The notes: generated from the letters alone by a model not told the origin. DNA of 64,000 nucleotides from an uncultured virus (IMG/VR IMGVR_UViG_3300021127_000003) (IMGVR_UViG_3300021127_000003), one strand, 5' to 3'; numbered from the stretch's first letter, positions 19,501 through 29,217 are shown. Made by a program: numbers and translations.

Positions 19501-19748
19501 TTGAGTTTAATGGTAAGATCGTTGTTATGATAAAAGTTGCAAATCTTTTTAACTTCATTAAGGTTTTTAATCCACATGAAAGATTTTAAGAATTCTTTCT
19601 CAATAACAATCCCTTGTTCTGGTATATCTTTGATTTTATATATTGTATTTGTGTCAGATTCATATTCAATATTTACAATATATTTCTCTTCACCATGACC
19701 AGAAAGAAACTTTTCCACAGACTCCATTGGGATACTATATTCACTCAT
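16542..19748 (-). CDS. Family B DNA polymerase with macrodomain-like insertion in the 3'-5' exonuclease domain
   Basis: ExoI DLETTG, ExoII GYNSANFD, ExoIII YLMDD; motif A DYSSLYPS, motif B KIFINSMFG, motif C DTDG, KNYA. Confidence 0.95.
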   Translation of the reverse strand: MSEYSIPMESVEKFLSGHGEEKYIVNIEYESDTNTIYKIKDIPEQGIVIEKEFLKSFMWIKNLNEVKKICNFYHNNDLTIKLKMKEYGIQIKKLRHDDHPRLVNGYTYLVTCEQGHKRMLSFFADGGINFYNKFEKRINLKEYFTILSPIEQYFISTGNRLYKGIEDYNELTKLIFDLETTGLDPNIEKIFLIGCKTNKGYEKLIEIDINDPESEKNGIIQFFNEIDAIKPTIIGGYNSANFDWYFIFKRCQILGIDIENIAKTLKKDKQIYVTEQILKLGNEVERYIQTNMFGYSIIDINHSTRRAQAIDSDMKFTRLKYVCKYNDVAKSNRVYIVGENIGKYWKSDKKYYFDDKSGSYSEIKPKVEYMDFITRQIVKDNPDKIFIFGDNDLREGFGGQAKETRNEKNSIGIVTKKAPGTTDDCYYNDDEFELNKKKINLDLKIIINEIKKGKCIVIPSSGIGTGLAKLQEKAPKTFKFLQNSLNLLKVYCDSFVECDGKYIVNRYLMDDLWETLEVDNIYNQSSFMLAKLIPTSYQRVSTMGTAGLWKMLMLTWSYENDLAIPINDEKRDFVGGLSRLFKVGFSKKLRKMDYSSLYPSIQLAHEVFPSCDITHVMKSLLKYFHSERFKAKNLAKKYGKAGDKQMKSFYDRKQLPLKIFINSMFGALGAPTAFNWAEMDVAEGITARARQYLRIMVKFFMAKGYEPLVLDTDGVNFMAPESGEENFRYIGLGNNEAVIKDKEYTGVDAVIAEFNDLFMKGEMALSLDGTWPSTINLARKNYALLEDSGKVKLTGNSIKSKKMPAYIEEFLDKALVLLLNEKGSEFVNYYNTYVQKIYNKEIPLSKIATKARVKKTLEDYKNRGLNKNGKPLPKQAHMELAIINKLNINLGDTLYYVNNGTKLTQGDIQTVKVTKKGWSEKDIEDHITHYGKSPVGLTSINKLNCYMLDSKELEDKPDMLGEYNVAKYLDAFNKRIKPLLVVFSEDIRAGLLLKNPSDKKDYLKNELKLINGIPYKEADQDTIQDLFTPSELENVYWKKMNYNPNFWFNDKINFTVPGLDRVVEIENI
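18282..18641 (-). other. Macrodomain-like insert (~120 aa) within DNA polymerase
   Basis: IFIFGDNDLREGFGGQA...NSIGIVTKKAP...IVIPSSGIGTGLA; two Gly-rich loops as in ADP-ribose-binding macrodomains; no intein termini. Confidence 0.65.
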
Positions 19749-19764
19749 AACACTATTTTGAGCA

Positions 19765-19796
19765 CAAATATAATAAAAATAAAGTCAAAAAACAAA
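19765..19796 (-). promoter_or_regulatory. Bacteroidota consensus promoter (-33 TTTG / -7 TAnnTTTG) for DNA polymerase
   Basis: Minus strand TTTG-N20-TATATTTG, 16 nt upstream of ATG. Confidence 0.75.
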
Positions 19797-20198
19797 TTAA
19801 ATATAGACTACGTCAGATTTGACAAAGTTATCTATAACATGAATATATAATTCTTCTCTAATTGGGACTACCAATTCACCGTATAATGAATTATCTGAAT
19901 TAAAACAATTTATCTTAAAACTTCCAGTATAAACTCCTGGTGTATCTGTATCTTCAGATGTAAATTGATAACCTATATAATATTCCTTTACACCATCTGT
20001 AACTGAAGGGTCTTTGAGATATATCTGAGCGGCTCTATTTGCAACCTTATAGATACCAGTAATATTATCCTTCATAGCAAAAGTTATAGATGCTGTTGGC
20101 AATAAGTCCATCAATTTATAAAAATCATTTCTACCATCTTTATATACTTTCAATTTCAATATAGGTAGAGTCGCATTTTTTCTGATTGTAAAAACCAT
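19797..20198 (-). CDS. BppU-like (baseplate upper protein N-terminal type) virion protein
   Basis: FTIRKNATLP.L...ITFAM...YQFTSEDTDTPGVYTGSFKI pattern typical of BppU-like domains. Confidence 0.6.
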   Translation of the reverse strand: MVFTIRKNATLPILKLKVYKDGRNDFYKLMDLLPTASITFAMKDNITGIYKVANRAAQIYLKDPSVTDGVKEYYIGYQFTSEDTDTPGVYTGSFKINCFNSDNSLYGELVVPIREELYIHVIDNFVKSDVVYI

Positions 20199-22354
20199 TA
20201 GTATAATTGTTTTAATTTAACATATCTACCACCAGTTATTGTTGGTAAATTATATATATTTTTTATTTTATCCACATTTGATTTTATTTCTGTCACATCA
20301 AGCGGCACCATTAACATTTGTATAGATTTGACACCACCAAAATATGTACCACTAAAAAATTCATCAATTATAAGTTTATTATATGGACTTGTATAATTAC
20401 CTAAAATATCTACGGAGTTTATTAATCCTTGAGTACCACCCCCAAATGATATGTTGAATGGGACACCTTCTTGGTAAAACGAATCGGTATCTAACTCATG
20501 TGGGATAATTTCATTACAATTTTTATCTTCGAAAACTTTTTTACCGTTAATGAATATACTCAAAGTACCATTTTTATACTTTCCATATTTTAACATACAA
20601 TCAGTGTCATAAGTAAAATCTCTTTCAAAAATTGTTGTCAAATATATAAATCTATTCATTGTATCACCAGTATTTATAATTGGTGTTTTAGAAGTAACCT
20701 TTTTTATCGAAAAATACTTTGTTCTAATTTCTTGAATTTTATTCGTATCTGAATCAGTTGTGTAATCTATGAAACTATTATTAGTGATTGTTAATGGGTC
20801 TTGACATGTTCCAGTATAACAAGGATCTGTAGCATAAATCAACTTATATCCTATATTACCATGTTTATCTAAAAAGATTCCAAATGAATTATCAATAACA
20901 TCTTTATAAAAATTAATCTTCTTTAATAAACCATTGCCTGTTCCGTCATATGTTCTACCAGAATAATATAAACCATTTTTACTATTATAATATCCAGAAT
21001 AAGGTTGATTATTTAAGGTGAAAATAGCGTCAACGGTGTACATATTATTTTCATCAATCAAACCATGGTCAATTTCGTCATTGATTTTACTAATTGGTTC
21101 CGTGATTCCAGTTATAACATTATTTGAAATATCATTTGGTACTTCATAGTAGTAAGTGTTCTGATAATCTGTATTATTGTAATTATTATTATAATTAAAG
21201 ACACTTGCAGTATCACCACTTGTAGGTAATTTATATTGGGTTTTCATTACATTTATTGCGGAACCTGTAACTGACCAATATTTATTTTCAGCTCTTGTTC
21301 CGATATAAAATATAATTCCGCTATTATCAGGATGTAAAAAATTCAAGTAATTAGTTGAACCAGTTACAACAGAAGGATTTGTTATCAAAGTATTAATTGT
21401 CCAACCTTTATTTGCTCTCGTTTTGAAGTATTGGACAGGGTAGTTGTATAGTTTAAAAGCACCTTGATAGAATCCACCATTCAATTCTTTGTAATCATAT
21501 TGAGGAATTATATCATATTTTATATTGTTATTTTGCCCAATATTTAAAGTTGAAACAGGTAGTAATTTAAATTTGGTTTTACCCCAAGTATAAGTTGTTC
21601 CTGTTAATTGAGGATTTAAGTCTGTAATATTGTTTGATGTTCCAGTATAAATTATTCTTTGTGAATATATGGAAAAATCATTAACTGTATACGTTTCACC
21701 GCTGACAGTAGCTAATGCGCCAAATTCAAATCTATAGTCATTATTGGTATTTGGGTTATTATTTACCCTAATTGTTGTACCATTAACTTGCACATATAGT
21801 GTGTTGTTGCTGATATAAAAAGATATAGTATCACCTGAATTTATTATACCATTTAAAGAACCATTATTATCATAGCAAGTATAAAAATTTGATATACCAT
21901 CTTCGTATGCAAATGGTATATATTCATAAAAGGAACTATTATTATCATAAACAACAAAAACTAATGAATCGTAAGTATTTCTGATAATAGGTGGTTTAAA
22001 TTCTATTAATAAATCTTTTTGTCCTGTATATCCTGTATAATCATATGTATAATCATTAAATATATATGCCCAATTCATGTCACCAGAAAGTGTATAAGAT
22101 GTATAACTATTTGCAACTACAATTCCTTGATATTGTTTGGGTATATCATCACCCAAAAATCCATTATCAAAACCAGTTAAACTAATATTATTTAGTAAAA
22201 CACTTGTTTGTTGAGTAGTTCCGCCTGTTGAATATAAAGATTTTGTCACATCAATATAAAATGCTTCATATGAACTATAATCACGACTGTATTCTGTAAC
22301 ATCGTCCGCAAGTTCAAAATCGAAATCATTTTCAACTAAAAATACTTTATACAT
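20198..22354 (-). CDS. Putative virion structural protein, beta-rich (LamG/concanavalin-like segments)
   Basis: N/T/Y/G-rich, GTLSIFINGK and ISFGGGTQGL segments; downstream of the neck gene. Confidence 0.55.
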   Translation of the reverse strand: MYKVFLVENDFDFELADDVTEYSRDYSSYEAFYIDVTKSLYSTGGTTQQTSVLLNNISLTGFDNGFLGDDIPKQYQGIVVANSYTSYTLSGDMNWAYIFNDYTYDYTGYTGQKDLLIEFKPPIIRNTYDSLVFVVYDNNSSFYEYIPFAYEDGISNFYTCYDNNGSLNGIINSGDTISFYISNNTLYVQVNGTTIRVNNNPNTNNDYRFEFGALATVSGETYTVNDFSIYSQRIIYTGTSNNITDLNPQLTGTTYTWGKTKFKLLPVSTLNIGQNNNIKYDIIPQYDYKELNGGFYQGAFKLYNYPVQYFKTRANKGWTINTLITNPSVVTGSTNYLNFLHPDNSGIIFYIGTRAENKYWSVTGSAINVMKTQYKLPTSGDTASVFNYNNNYNNTDYQNTYYYEVPNDISNNVITGITEPISKINDEIDHGLIDENNMYTVDAIFTLNNQPYSGYYNSKNGLYYSGRTYDGTGNGLLKKINFYKDVIDNSFGIFLDKHGNIGYKLIYATDPCYTGTCQDPLTITNNSFIDYTTDSDTNKIQEIRTKYFSIKKVTSKTPIINTGDTMNRFIYLTTIFERDFTYDTDCMLKYGKYKNGTLSIFINGKKVFEDKNCNEIIPHELDTDSFYQEGVPFNISFGGGTQGLINSVDILGNYTSPYNKLIIDEFFSGTYFGGVKSIQMLMVPLDVTEIKSNVDKIKNIYNLPTITGGRYVKLKQLY

Positions 22355-22355
22355 G

Positions 22356-23447
22356 TTATATCAATCTAATTGGTCTTGGCATTGGTCTGTATTTAAGACC
22401 AGTGTTAATAAATTCAGCCTCTTTCGACATTCTTTCTAATGTTGCTGTTGGGTGGAATTTAATTAATCTATCTTCCAACTCTTTTTTAAGTATACTCATT
22501 TCATCTTTAGCTTCAGTGTATAAAGATTGGTATTCAAGTTCTAAAGCTTGCTGTTCTCCTGAAGGAATTTTTCCGTTTGCATAACCACGAATTCTACCCA
22601 AGGTTTCTTTACATAATGCAACAAAATAACGTCTTATCCAAACTTTAGATGGATCATTTAAATCATCAAAAGATAAATTATCAAGAGGAACGTCAGACGG
22701 TGTCTTAATAATATCTTTATTTTTTTCCAGGCAATCTTCTTTATTTCCATTAATATCGTAATACCAATACCAAACCCTACCATATTGTAATATTTCCTGG
22801 TTTTGGTCATATTGACCACCAGGTGTATTTAAAAGGTGTAAATATTTTTTTCCATTTGGTGCGTTTGTGATTTTATATAATAATTCACCCTTAACCAAAC
22901 GGTTTTTTAAATTTCTGTCTGAAGCCCTCATTAAAATATCAAATGCAGGTAATATATAATATGAACCTAATCCAATATATTCTGCGCCAAATTGATTGTT
23001 CCAAACACCTAAAAAAGGATCAATAACCGATTGATCCAAAGTTGCTGGGTTATACCAAAGAACTTCGTTAATTTCACGATTAGCTGGAATTTCATACATT
23101 TGTACACCAGACTGTAAAGTCACATAATCTTTTTTTAATATATATCCACCTTCTCCAGCCCCCAAACCAACTATTTTTGAGTAGGAGTAAGTGTATTGTG
23201 TCAAAAGATCATAATTTCTGCTCACAAAAGCTCTGGTAAGATCTGCTTCTGTAACATTTACACCAACAAGTGAAGGCCACTGTTGTTCTATTAAATAATT
23301 TTGTATATATTCGACATAGTCTTCAGTTGCAATTTCCAATAAACTATCCATAGTTTCGGTCTCCAACTGTATTTTTCTGGTTGGTGCTCCTAATCTATGC
23401 TTGGCTTGCGTGTATATTTTTTGCCTTTCGGTTGGACTTATTCTCAT
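22356..23447 (-). CDS. Neck protein (T4 gp13-like head-tail adaptor)
   Basis: RLGAP...IQL...EDY at the N-terminus; WIRRYFVALCKETLGRIRG and LYTEAKDE...LEDRL at the C-terminus. Confidence 0.8.
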   Translation of the reverse strand: MRISPTERQKIYTQAKHRLGAPTRKIQLETETMDSLLEIATEDYVEYIQNYLIEQQWPSLVGVNVTEADLTRAFVSRNYDLLTQYTYSYSKIVGLGAGEGGYILKKDYVTLQSGVQMYEIPANREINEVLWYNPATLDQSVIDPFLGVWNNQFGAEYIGLGSYYILPAFDILMRASDRNLKNRLVKGELLYKITNAPNGKKYLHLLNTPGGQYDQNQEILQYGRVWYWYYDINGNKEDCLEKNKDIIKTPSDVPLDNLSFDDLNDPSKVWIRRYFVALCKETLGRIRGYANGKIPSGEQQALELEYQSLYTEAKDEMSILKKELEDRLIKFHPTATLERMSKEAEFINTGLKYRPMPRPIRLI

Positions 23448-23465
23448 GTTTATTATATTTATATC

Positions 23466-23485
23466 TATAAATACTTCTATTTATA
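23466..23485. promoter_or_regulatory. Back-to-back putative late promoters (TATTTATA on each strand)
   Basis: TATAAATA 23466-23473 serves the neck gene (minus) and TATTTATA 23478-23485 serves the Gp88-like gene (plus). Confidence 0.6.
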
Positions 23486-23495
23486 ACAATATTAT

Positions 23496-24599
23496 ATGAA
23501 AAAAGCTTTATCTCTTCAAGAGTCAATTGATAAAATCAAAAAAATATCTGGAATTCAGATAGATGAAATTGATTGGAAAAAGGATTTCAAGGATGTAAAG
23601 GCTACATGTATGCCTTTACCAGAAGTTGTTAATTATTTAAATCGTGTAATAGCTAACAGAGAATTAAGTACCGCAGATAGAGAAAAATTTAGTACAGGTA
23701 TGCCATTTGTACACGCAAAATCAAGATTGATTGGTACAGAATTTGAGGAAGTGGATATCCCAACATTTATTGAAAGAATGACTACACCACCTAATAATTT
23801 GGTGAATACCAACGATAAAATGTTAAAAAGTGGTGGTAGAAATGATTTTGTTTATAAAACTGGTTTACCAGCATTTAGAGGATTAGCTTATGATATTCAA
23901 AGTAAAAAGTTCTATATAATTAACACTTGTCCAGGCGCTGGTAAATGCAGGCAAGGTTGTTATGCATTATCTGGAAATTATATTCAATATCCAGCGTCAT
24001 ATGATAGTATGACAAGAAGATTAAATTATTTATTGAACTTTCCAAAAGAATATGAAGAAAGGTTATATATCGAATTAAAGGAAAAATGTGTTGAACATAA
24101 GGCTGTCAAAGGATATAAACATAGAGTTATGTTCAGATGGAATGATTCTGGTGATTTTTTTACTGAAAAATATGTAAAAATAGCAAATAACGTAATGAAT
24201 CGATTGAAATCTGAGGGTTACAATATTATTAGCGCCGCTCATACTAAAATTGCTGCTGTTACTAAAAACCCAGATTTCGATTCAACCAGTTTTTCTGCTG
24301 ACGCTAACAAAAAGGAATTAAGTAAAATCAATCCTGAAAAACAAAAAATTTCTGATAGATTACCTTATAGTCAATTCAGAGATTTAGATTTATCGAGATT
24401 AGATGATTTTGAAATCTTAAAGGAAAGAGTTGCCGAATACTATGGTATAACTAACATAGATAATATACTTTCTTATGACGAAATGATGAGTACAAAAGAT
24501 AAAGGTGTTCCAAAATATTATGTTATTATAACACCAGATGATGGTGACGATGCTGTTTATAGATCAGATGTTAAGAAAATAATACATACTGAACACTAA
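23496..24599 (+). CDS. Gp88-family protein (radical-SAM-like Cys cluster)
   Basis: TCPGAGKCRQGCYA (Cx5Cx3C) and FRWNDSGDFF signatures. Confidence 0.75.
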   Translation: MKKALSLQESIDKIKKISGIQIDEIDWKKDFKDVKATCMPLPEVVNYLNRVIANRELSTADREKFSTGMPFVHAKSRLIGTEFEEVDIPTFIERMTTPPNNLVNTNDKMLKSGGRNDFVYKTGLPAFRGLAYDIQSKKFYIINTCPGAGKCRQGCYALSGNYIQYPASYDSMTRRLNYLLNFPKEYEERLYIELKEKCVEHKAVKGYKHRVMFRWNDSGDFFTEKYVKIANNVMNRLKSEGYNIISAAHTKIAAVTKNPDFDSTSFSADANKKELSKINPEKQKISDRLPYSQFRDLDLSRLDDFEILKERVAEYYGITNIDNILSYDEMMSTKDKGVPKYYVIITPDDGDDAVYRSDVKKIIHTEH

Positions 24600-27490
24600 T
24601 CTTTTAAAGACTTTATAACATCAGAAATCATAGATGTATCATTGAAAATATCATTATTTTCATCTCCCATTACAGTACTAATATTTTTAATTTTCTCCTG
24701 TAGTTTGTTGTACATAACCGTATCTAAAGTACCATCTATTAAAGGATAAATTATGTGTACTTCATTCGTTTGTCCCATTCTATGTGCACGATCACCAGCT
24801 TGTAAGTGATTTGCTGGTGTCCAATCAACATCGTTGAATATCACCACAGAACCTTCAGTTAAAGTTAAACCAACACCTGCCGCAACAATGTTACCACAAA
24901 AAACTTTGATTTTATCATCGTTTTGAAACTTTTCAACGGCAATATCTCTATTTTTAGCGCTTACAGCACCATCAATTAAAACAGACTTTTTACCAAAATG
25001 GTCATGAATTGTTCTAATACTATTAGAAAAACATGAAAAAATAATAACTTTTCTACCACTTTCAATTATATCTTCTACAAGATTGATTGTTGTACTTAAT
25101 TTGTCTTCAGATAGTAATTGTCTAACCTTTATCAATTGTGTAAGATGTTCTGTTGGTTTAGGTTCAATCCCATTTTCTACTTGTTCATCATACCAATTTT
25201 GATATTCTTCCATATAATCCTGATATCTTCTTGAAGAGGATAATGGTAAATATATTGGTTTTATTGTCTTTTGTGGTAAATCAACAGCATCTTTTTTAAG
25301 CCTTCTAAGGATCAAATCGTCTGTAAATTCTTTTAATTCTTCAAGATTTGTTGCACCATCAGTTACCCAATATTTTTGTGTTGACCCTTTTCTTTTGAAT
25401 TGTCTACCAGCACAATAACGCCTAACATACCCAACCCAATTTGTACTAAGTGGGGATTCACAAAGATATAATAAATTATATAAATCAATTGGTTTATTAG
25501 TTATTGGTGTACCAGTTAGTAACCATCTGGTACCAATTTTCATCGCAAAATCATTAAATAATTTTGTTCTATTTGCGGTAGCATTTTTAAGGTAATGTGC
25601 TTCATCAGCTATAACTAAATCAAATTTATAAAAATCGATTATTGATTCTTTTACATCTTCTGGATCTTGACCTTTTTCTTTCAAATTATGGAAGTTTTTA
25701 AGGATATCATAGTTTACAATAGTCCATTTTTTGAATGTAAAATCAGAACCTTCTACAATACTAATATCGTTTGGGTTATCATACAAACTTATTTCTTTTT
25801 TCCAGTTCAATTTAAGAGATGCTGGGCAGACAACCAAAATCCTTTTATATCCACCAGTTATCGCAGCAAGAATGGTAGATGTTGTATTATGTGTTACAAT
25901 TGCGTGTTCTGTAACATATAATTTATCTGGACTATCTACTGATATACAAACAGCTTCACCAGTACCACAAGGTTGGATATCCTTAATATATCTACCAACT
26001 TTATATTTTTCAGGTTCTTTATATAATATAGCTTTACGTTTTAATCTAAAAGGATTAATACCTGTAGGCATCTTTATATTTAAACGATAACATTTTTTAC
26101 AAATAACCTTAGTTCCATCTGGCTTTCTATAGGAACCAATTTTACTTTTTTTACGCACAATACCACCCAAACTATGAACTATCTCAGCAATATCGTCAGC
26201 TAATTTTTCAGATACCGTAGCGTATTCCGTACCAGCAAACAAACCTTTTTTTGATTTCATGCAATGACCATCAGTATCCATCAAACCTTGCAAAATCGCA
26301 ATTCTATTAACTATTGAACTATATTTATATTTATCTGGTATAAATTTAGTATCTGAAGTTTTATTATTAATATTTAATAATTGTAATTTATTACCGAAGT
26401 TTAAATTACATGATCGTCTATTGCCAACAGGTGATAATTCATTAAATTCAACACCTGTAAATAATTCTTCAAAATCATCTTTATGTATCTCAAATTTTAC
26501 TGATGAATTTTTTATGTTACCATCACCCAAACAAACACCTAATAAATATGGTTCAATAGGTAATTCATAATTATTGTAAAATTCTATAGGTTTAACGATA
26601 GGTATCTGCCATTTAGATGCGCCATTATTTTTTTTATAGTATGTTGAGTATTTGTAGGGTCTTTTTTCATTCCAATCCGAACCATTTTGTTGTAAAATCA
26701 AATTTTTATCAAGCATTTGATTTGTACTTAATGTAATATATCTATTTTTTCTATTTTTATTATTTTCACCATTACAATTAGTTGAAACAGACCAAAGGTG
26801 TTCACCACCGACTAAAATAGAATAACCATCATTAAAGGTTACCTTAAATAATTCTTTATTACCTTGTGGAAAAACACCAACAACATTATATGGTTTACCA
26901 TCTGAACCAATAACTTTATCACCGACAATTATATCACCAATTCTTTTCCTACCAAATGGTGTAAACAATTGGTTATCAACAAATTCCATTTTACCCAAAC
27001 CCATATCATCAGCCAAGATAAATTTATCATTTTCCAATAAAGTTTTGATTGCTGTTAATTGGTGTTTTTTTGGCGGCCTATCATACTGATCAAAAGAAGG
27101 TAATTCAATAGTTTTACTATTTTTGATACAATTTTTATCCAAATAAACTGAAAAATAGTATTTACAATCTTGATTAAAACAAGCCCAAAGGTGAAGGTTA
27201 TCGACTTTTCGTGTTAATAATTTATTAATAAAAATTTCTTCAGGTATAAAATCTAATTTATATTGGCTTTTTAAAAAACCTCTAATACTTTTATGTAAAA
27301 CATATTTTTTATTCAAAACAATAGGTTTTACTTTCTGATTAGATATTATGTATTTACATATATTTGAAGTTAACGGAAACGCTTTTTTGCTTAATAAATA
27401 ACCTTTTATTTCCAGTAAATAATCATTGGATCCTTGGTAATTTATTAGAATTTCTTTAGCTTGTATTTCAATTGGTATATTATTCATCAA
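24596..27490 (-). CDS. SNF2/SWI2-family helicase containing an intein
   Basis: LADDMGLGK|T Walker A split by an intein, VCPASLKLNW, DEAH, LTGTP, AAGVGLTLT, QAGDRAHRMGQ. Confidence 0.93.
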   Translation of the reverse strand: MMNNIPIEIQAKEILINYQGSNDYLLEIKGYLLSKKAFPLTSNICKYIISNQKVKPIVLNKKYVLHKSIRGFLKSQYKLDFIPEEIFINKLLTRKVDNLHLWACFNQDCKYYFSVYLDKNCIKNSKTIELPSFDQYDRPPKKHQLTAIKTLLENDKFILADDMGLGKMEFVDNQLFTPFGRKRIGDIIVGDKVIGSDGKPYNVVGVFPQGNKELFKVTFNDGYSILVGGEHLWSVSTNCNGENNKNRKNRYITLSTNQMLDKNLILQQNGSDWNEKRPYKYSTYYKKNNGASKWQIPIVKPIEFYNNYELPIEPYLLGVCLGDGNIKNSSVKFEIHKDDFEELFTGVEFNELSPVGNRRSCNLNFGNKLQLLNINNKTSDTKFIPDKYKYSSIVNRIAILQGLMDTDGHCMKSKKGLFAGTEYATVSEKLADDIAEIVHSLGGIVRKKSKIGSYRKPDGTKVICKKCYRLNIKMPTGINPFRLKRKAILYKEPEKYKVGRYIKDIQPCGTGEAVCISVDSPDKLYVTEHAIVTHNTTSTILAAITGGYKRILVVCPASLKLNWKKEISLYDNPNDISIVEGSDFTFKKWTIVNYDILKNFHNLKEKGQDPEDVKESIIDFYKFDLVIADEAHYLKNATANRTKLFNDFAMKIGTRWLLTGTPITNKPIDLYNLLYLCESPLSTNWVGYVRRYCAGRQFKRKGSTQKYWVTDGATNLEELKEFTDDLILRRLKKDAVDLPQKTIKPIYLPLSSSRRYQDYMEEYQNWYDEQVENGIEPKPTEHLTQLIKVRQLLSEDKLSTTINLVEDIIESGRKVIIFSCFSNSIRTIHDHFGKKSVLIDGAVSAKNRDIAVEKFQNDDKIKVFCGNIVAAGVGLTLTEGSVVIFNDVDWTPANHLQAGDRAHRMGQTNEVHIIYPLIDGTLDTVMYNKLQEKIKNISTVMGDENNDIFNDTSMISDVIKSLKD
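25886..26989 (-). mobile_element. Class 3-type intein with LAGLIDADG endonuclease, 368 aa
   Basis: Starts Met after GLGK and ends VTHN before Thr+1; block B EHLW, block F AVCISV; LLGVCLGDG and LQGLMDTDG motifs. Confidence 0.9.
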
Positions 27491-27980
27491 TATTTGTTAA
27501 AAAACATGGAGTGTATTCACCAACATATGCACCAGTAACATTATATTCCATATGTTCTATAGCATCACATTCTTCCATTTCTCCGTCCGATTCAGCTAAG
27601 ATAGAATCTATACATCTATCGTAATCATAAACCGCTATATTTTTATTTTCATCAAAACCAAATCTAACACCAATAAGTGCTTCATCTAAACCATCGCAAA
27701 AAAGCATTTTATTATCATATTTAGCAATTTTCTTTCTGGTTGGGTTTTCTATAATTTTAACAAAAAAATTATCTTTATAATTATAATTTTTATATATGTA
27801 GTTTAAAACTTCGTTTTCATCCCAATTTGCGTTCAGTTTTTTTCTAAACTTTTCAAAATCATAGGTTAATGACCAAAATTCACCAATTCTATAACATGTT
27901 TTATTCAAAATACAATCGTTATAACCTGGTATTAATTCCAGATATTCAATAATATCGGATAATTTTTTTAAATCTAACAT
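27480..27980 (-). CDS. Hypothetical phage protein with conserved-looking C-terminal domain
   Basis: DGLDEALIG...AVYDYD...AIEHMEYNVTGAYVGEYTP is a pattern I recognise from uncharacterised phage proteins; start 27980 chosen because a promoter lies at 27986-28017. Confidence 0.7.
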   Translation of the reverse strand: MLDLKKLSDIIEYLELIPGYNDCILNKTCYRIGEFWSLTYDFEKFRKKLNANWDENEVLNYIYKNYNYKDNFFVKIIENPTRKKIAKYDNKMLFCDGLDEALIGVRFGFDENKNIAVYDYDRCIDSILAESDGEMEECDAIEHMEYNVTGAYVGEYTPCFLTNIDE

Positions 27981-27985
27981 AATTA

Positions 27986-28017
27986 CAATATTAATAATAA
28001 ATGTTGATAAAAGCAAA
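27986..28017 (-). promoter_or_regulatory. Bacteroidota-type early promoter
   Basis: Minus strand TTTG-N20-TAATATTG, 5 nt upstream of ATG 27980. Confidence 0.6.
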
Positions 28018-28038
28018 TATATTATACTATTTATTAGT

Positions 28039-28557
28039 ATGGAAAGAAGAAATAGGATTCCAAATACAAGATTATCCAAATGGTATGATCAGGCTGATTT
28101 TGACTTAGATGTTGGAATTGGTGACGATATTGTTAATGAAGATAGTAATTTCAGATTAATTCTTTATAGAATAGATAGGGTTAATACGAATTACGATGAT
28201 GTGTATGGTGAAACAAAAAAAGACCAAATAATCTATCTTCCACCAGTCGAATTAAATGTTTTATTAACTCTTGAACAAGCTGTTAACAAAGCATACAACC
28301 AAAACGGTACCTTAAGAACATCAAATTTTGGTAACCTTGACTTTATCGTTTATTTGAATGAATTGAAAAGAAAAAATGTGGATATAACATATGGTGATAT
28401 AATTGGTTATGTACTTGATAATGATAGTATTGTATATTTTTCTGTAACAGATCCTAATTATATACCAGATACCAACCAAATGTTATATAATTACAAAACG
28501 TATTATAAAAAAGTTAGATGCATTGTTATAGACAAAGCAGATTTTAAAGGAATATAA
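28039..28557 (+). CDS. Putative head completion/neck protein (gp14-like)
   Basis: DDVYGE...YLPPVEL...GDII pattern; position ahead of tail terminator and sheath; TATTTAT upstream. Confidence 0.55.
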   Translation: MERRNRIPNTRLSKWYDQADFDLDVGIGDDIVNEDSNFRLILYRIDRVNTNYDDVYGETKKDQIIYLPPVELNVLLTLEQAVNKAYNQNGTLRTSNFGNLDFIVYLNELKRKNVDITYGDIIGYVLDNDSIVYFSVTDPNYIPDTNQMLYNYKTYYKKVRCIVIDKADFKGI

Positions 28558-28579
28558 TGGCAACACCAAGTACATAATT

Positions 28580-29194
28580 TCAATTGGTTTTAAATACCCA
28601 TTTAAAACCACCAGCGGATTTAGATCTACCGTAACAACAATTATTAATACTTGTCCTTAATATATTAACATCTTTAGATGCTATTTTAGCAGATGGGTAT
28701 TCCTTAATAAACTCACCATTTAATTTATATTGTAATATTGGTTTGTAATATAGTTTATTAAATTTTTCTAATTCAATATCAGTTAGTTTTTTACCTTTAT
28801 TTACTGGTATACGTCCTTTCATAGATTTGGATATTTTATCTCTATGTTCAACAGTTATAATTCTACCTTTCTGAGCTTTAGACATTTTCTTTTTTATATC
28901 ATCAGTAACAATAAAATTAATTTTACCCTCACCACCATTTGTTAAATTAACTAAGGTACCACTATTTAAATCAATTCGACCATATAAAGTAATTAGCCTT
29001 TCTTCTTCCAAACAAGCATCAACCCAACTAATATTACTTTTCAAAATTAATACATTATAATCTACTTTATTTATAATATTTAACCAATGTTTATTTCTAT
29101 TAAACTTAGAATAAGCCCTTTTTTCGGTTTTACCTATACCAACATAAAAAACTTCATTATTATCTTTTCTTGTATGTATATAAACGCAACTCAT
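28580..29194 (-). CDS. Free-standing GIY-YIG homing endonuclease with NUMOD3/NUMOD1 DNA-binding motifs
   Basis: VYIH...FYVGIG...RAY...E..LI...NLTNGGEG; KKKMSKAQKG; ILQYKLNGEFIKEYPS...SAGGFKW. Confidence 0.88.
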   Translation of the reverse strand: MSCVYIHTRKDNNEVFYVGIGKTEKRAYSKFNRNKHWLNIINKVDYNVLILKSNISWVDACLEEERLITLYGRIDLNSGTLVNLTNGGEGKINFIVTDDIKKKMSKAQKGRIITVEHRDKISKSMKGRIPVNKGKKLTDIELEKFNKLYYKPILQYKLNGEFIKEYPSAKIASKDVNILRTSINNCCYGRSKSAGGFKWVFKTN

Positions 29195-29217
29195 GATATA
29201 TTTATTATAAATAGTTT

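Noticed and set aside
27981..28079. Hydrophobic N-terminal extension of ORF 27480..28079 in the track
   Set aside because: Overlaps the divergent gene at 28039 and a promoter motif; ATG 27980 is the more plausible start
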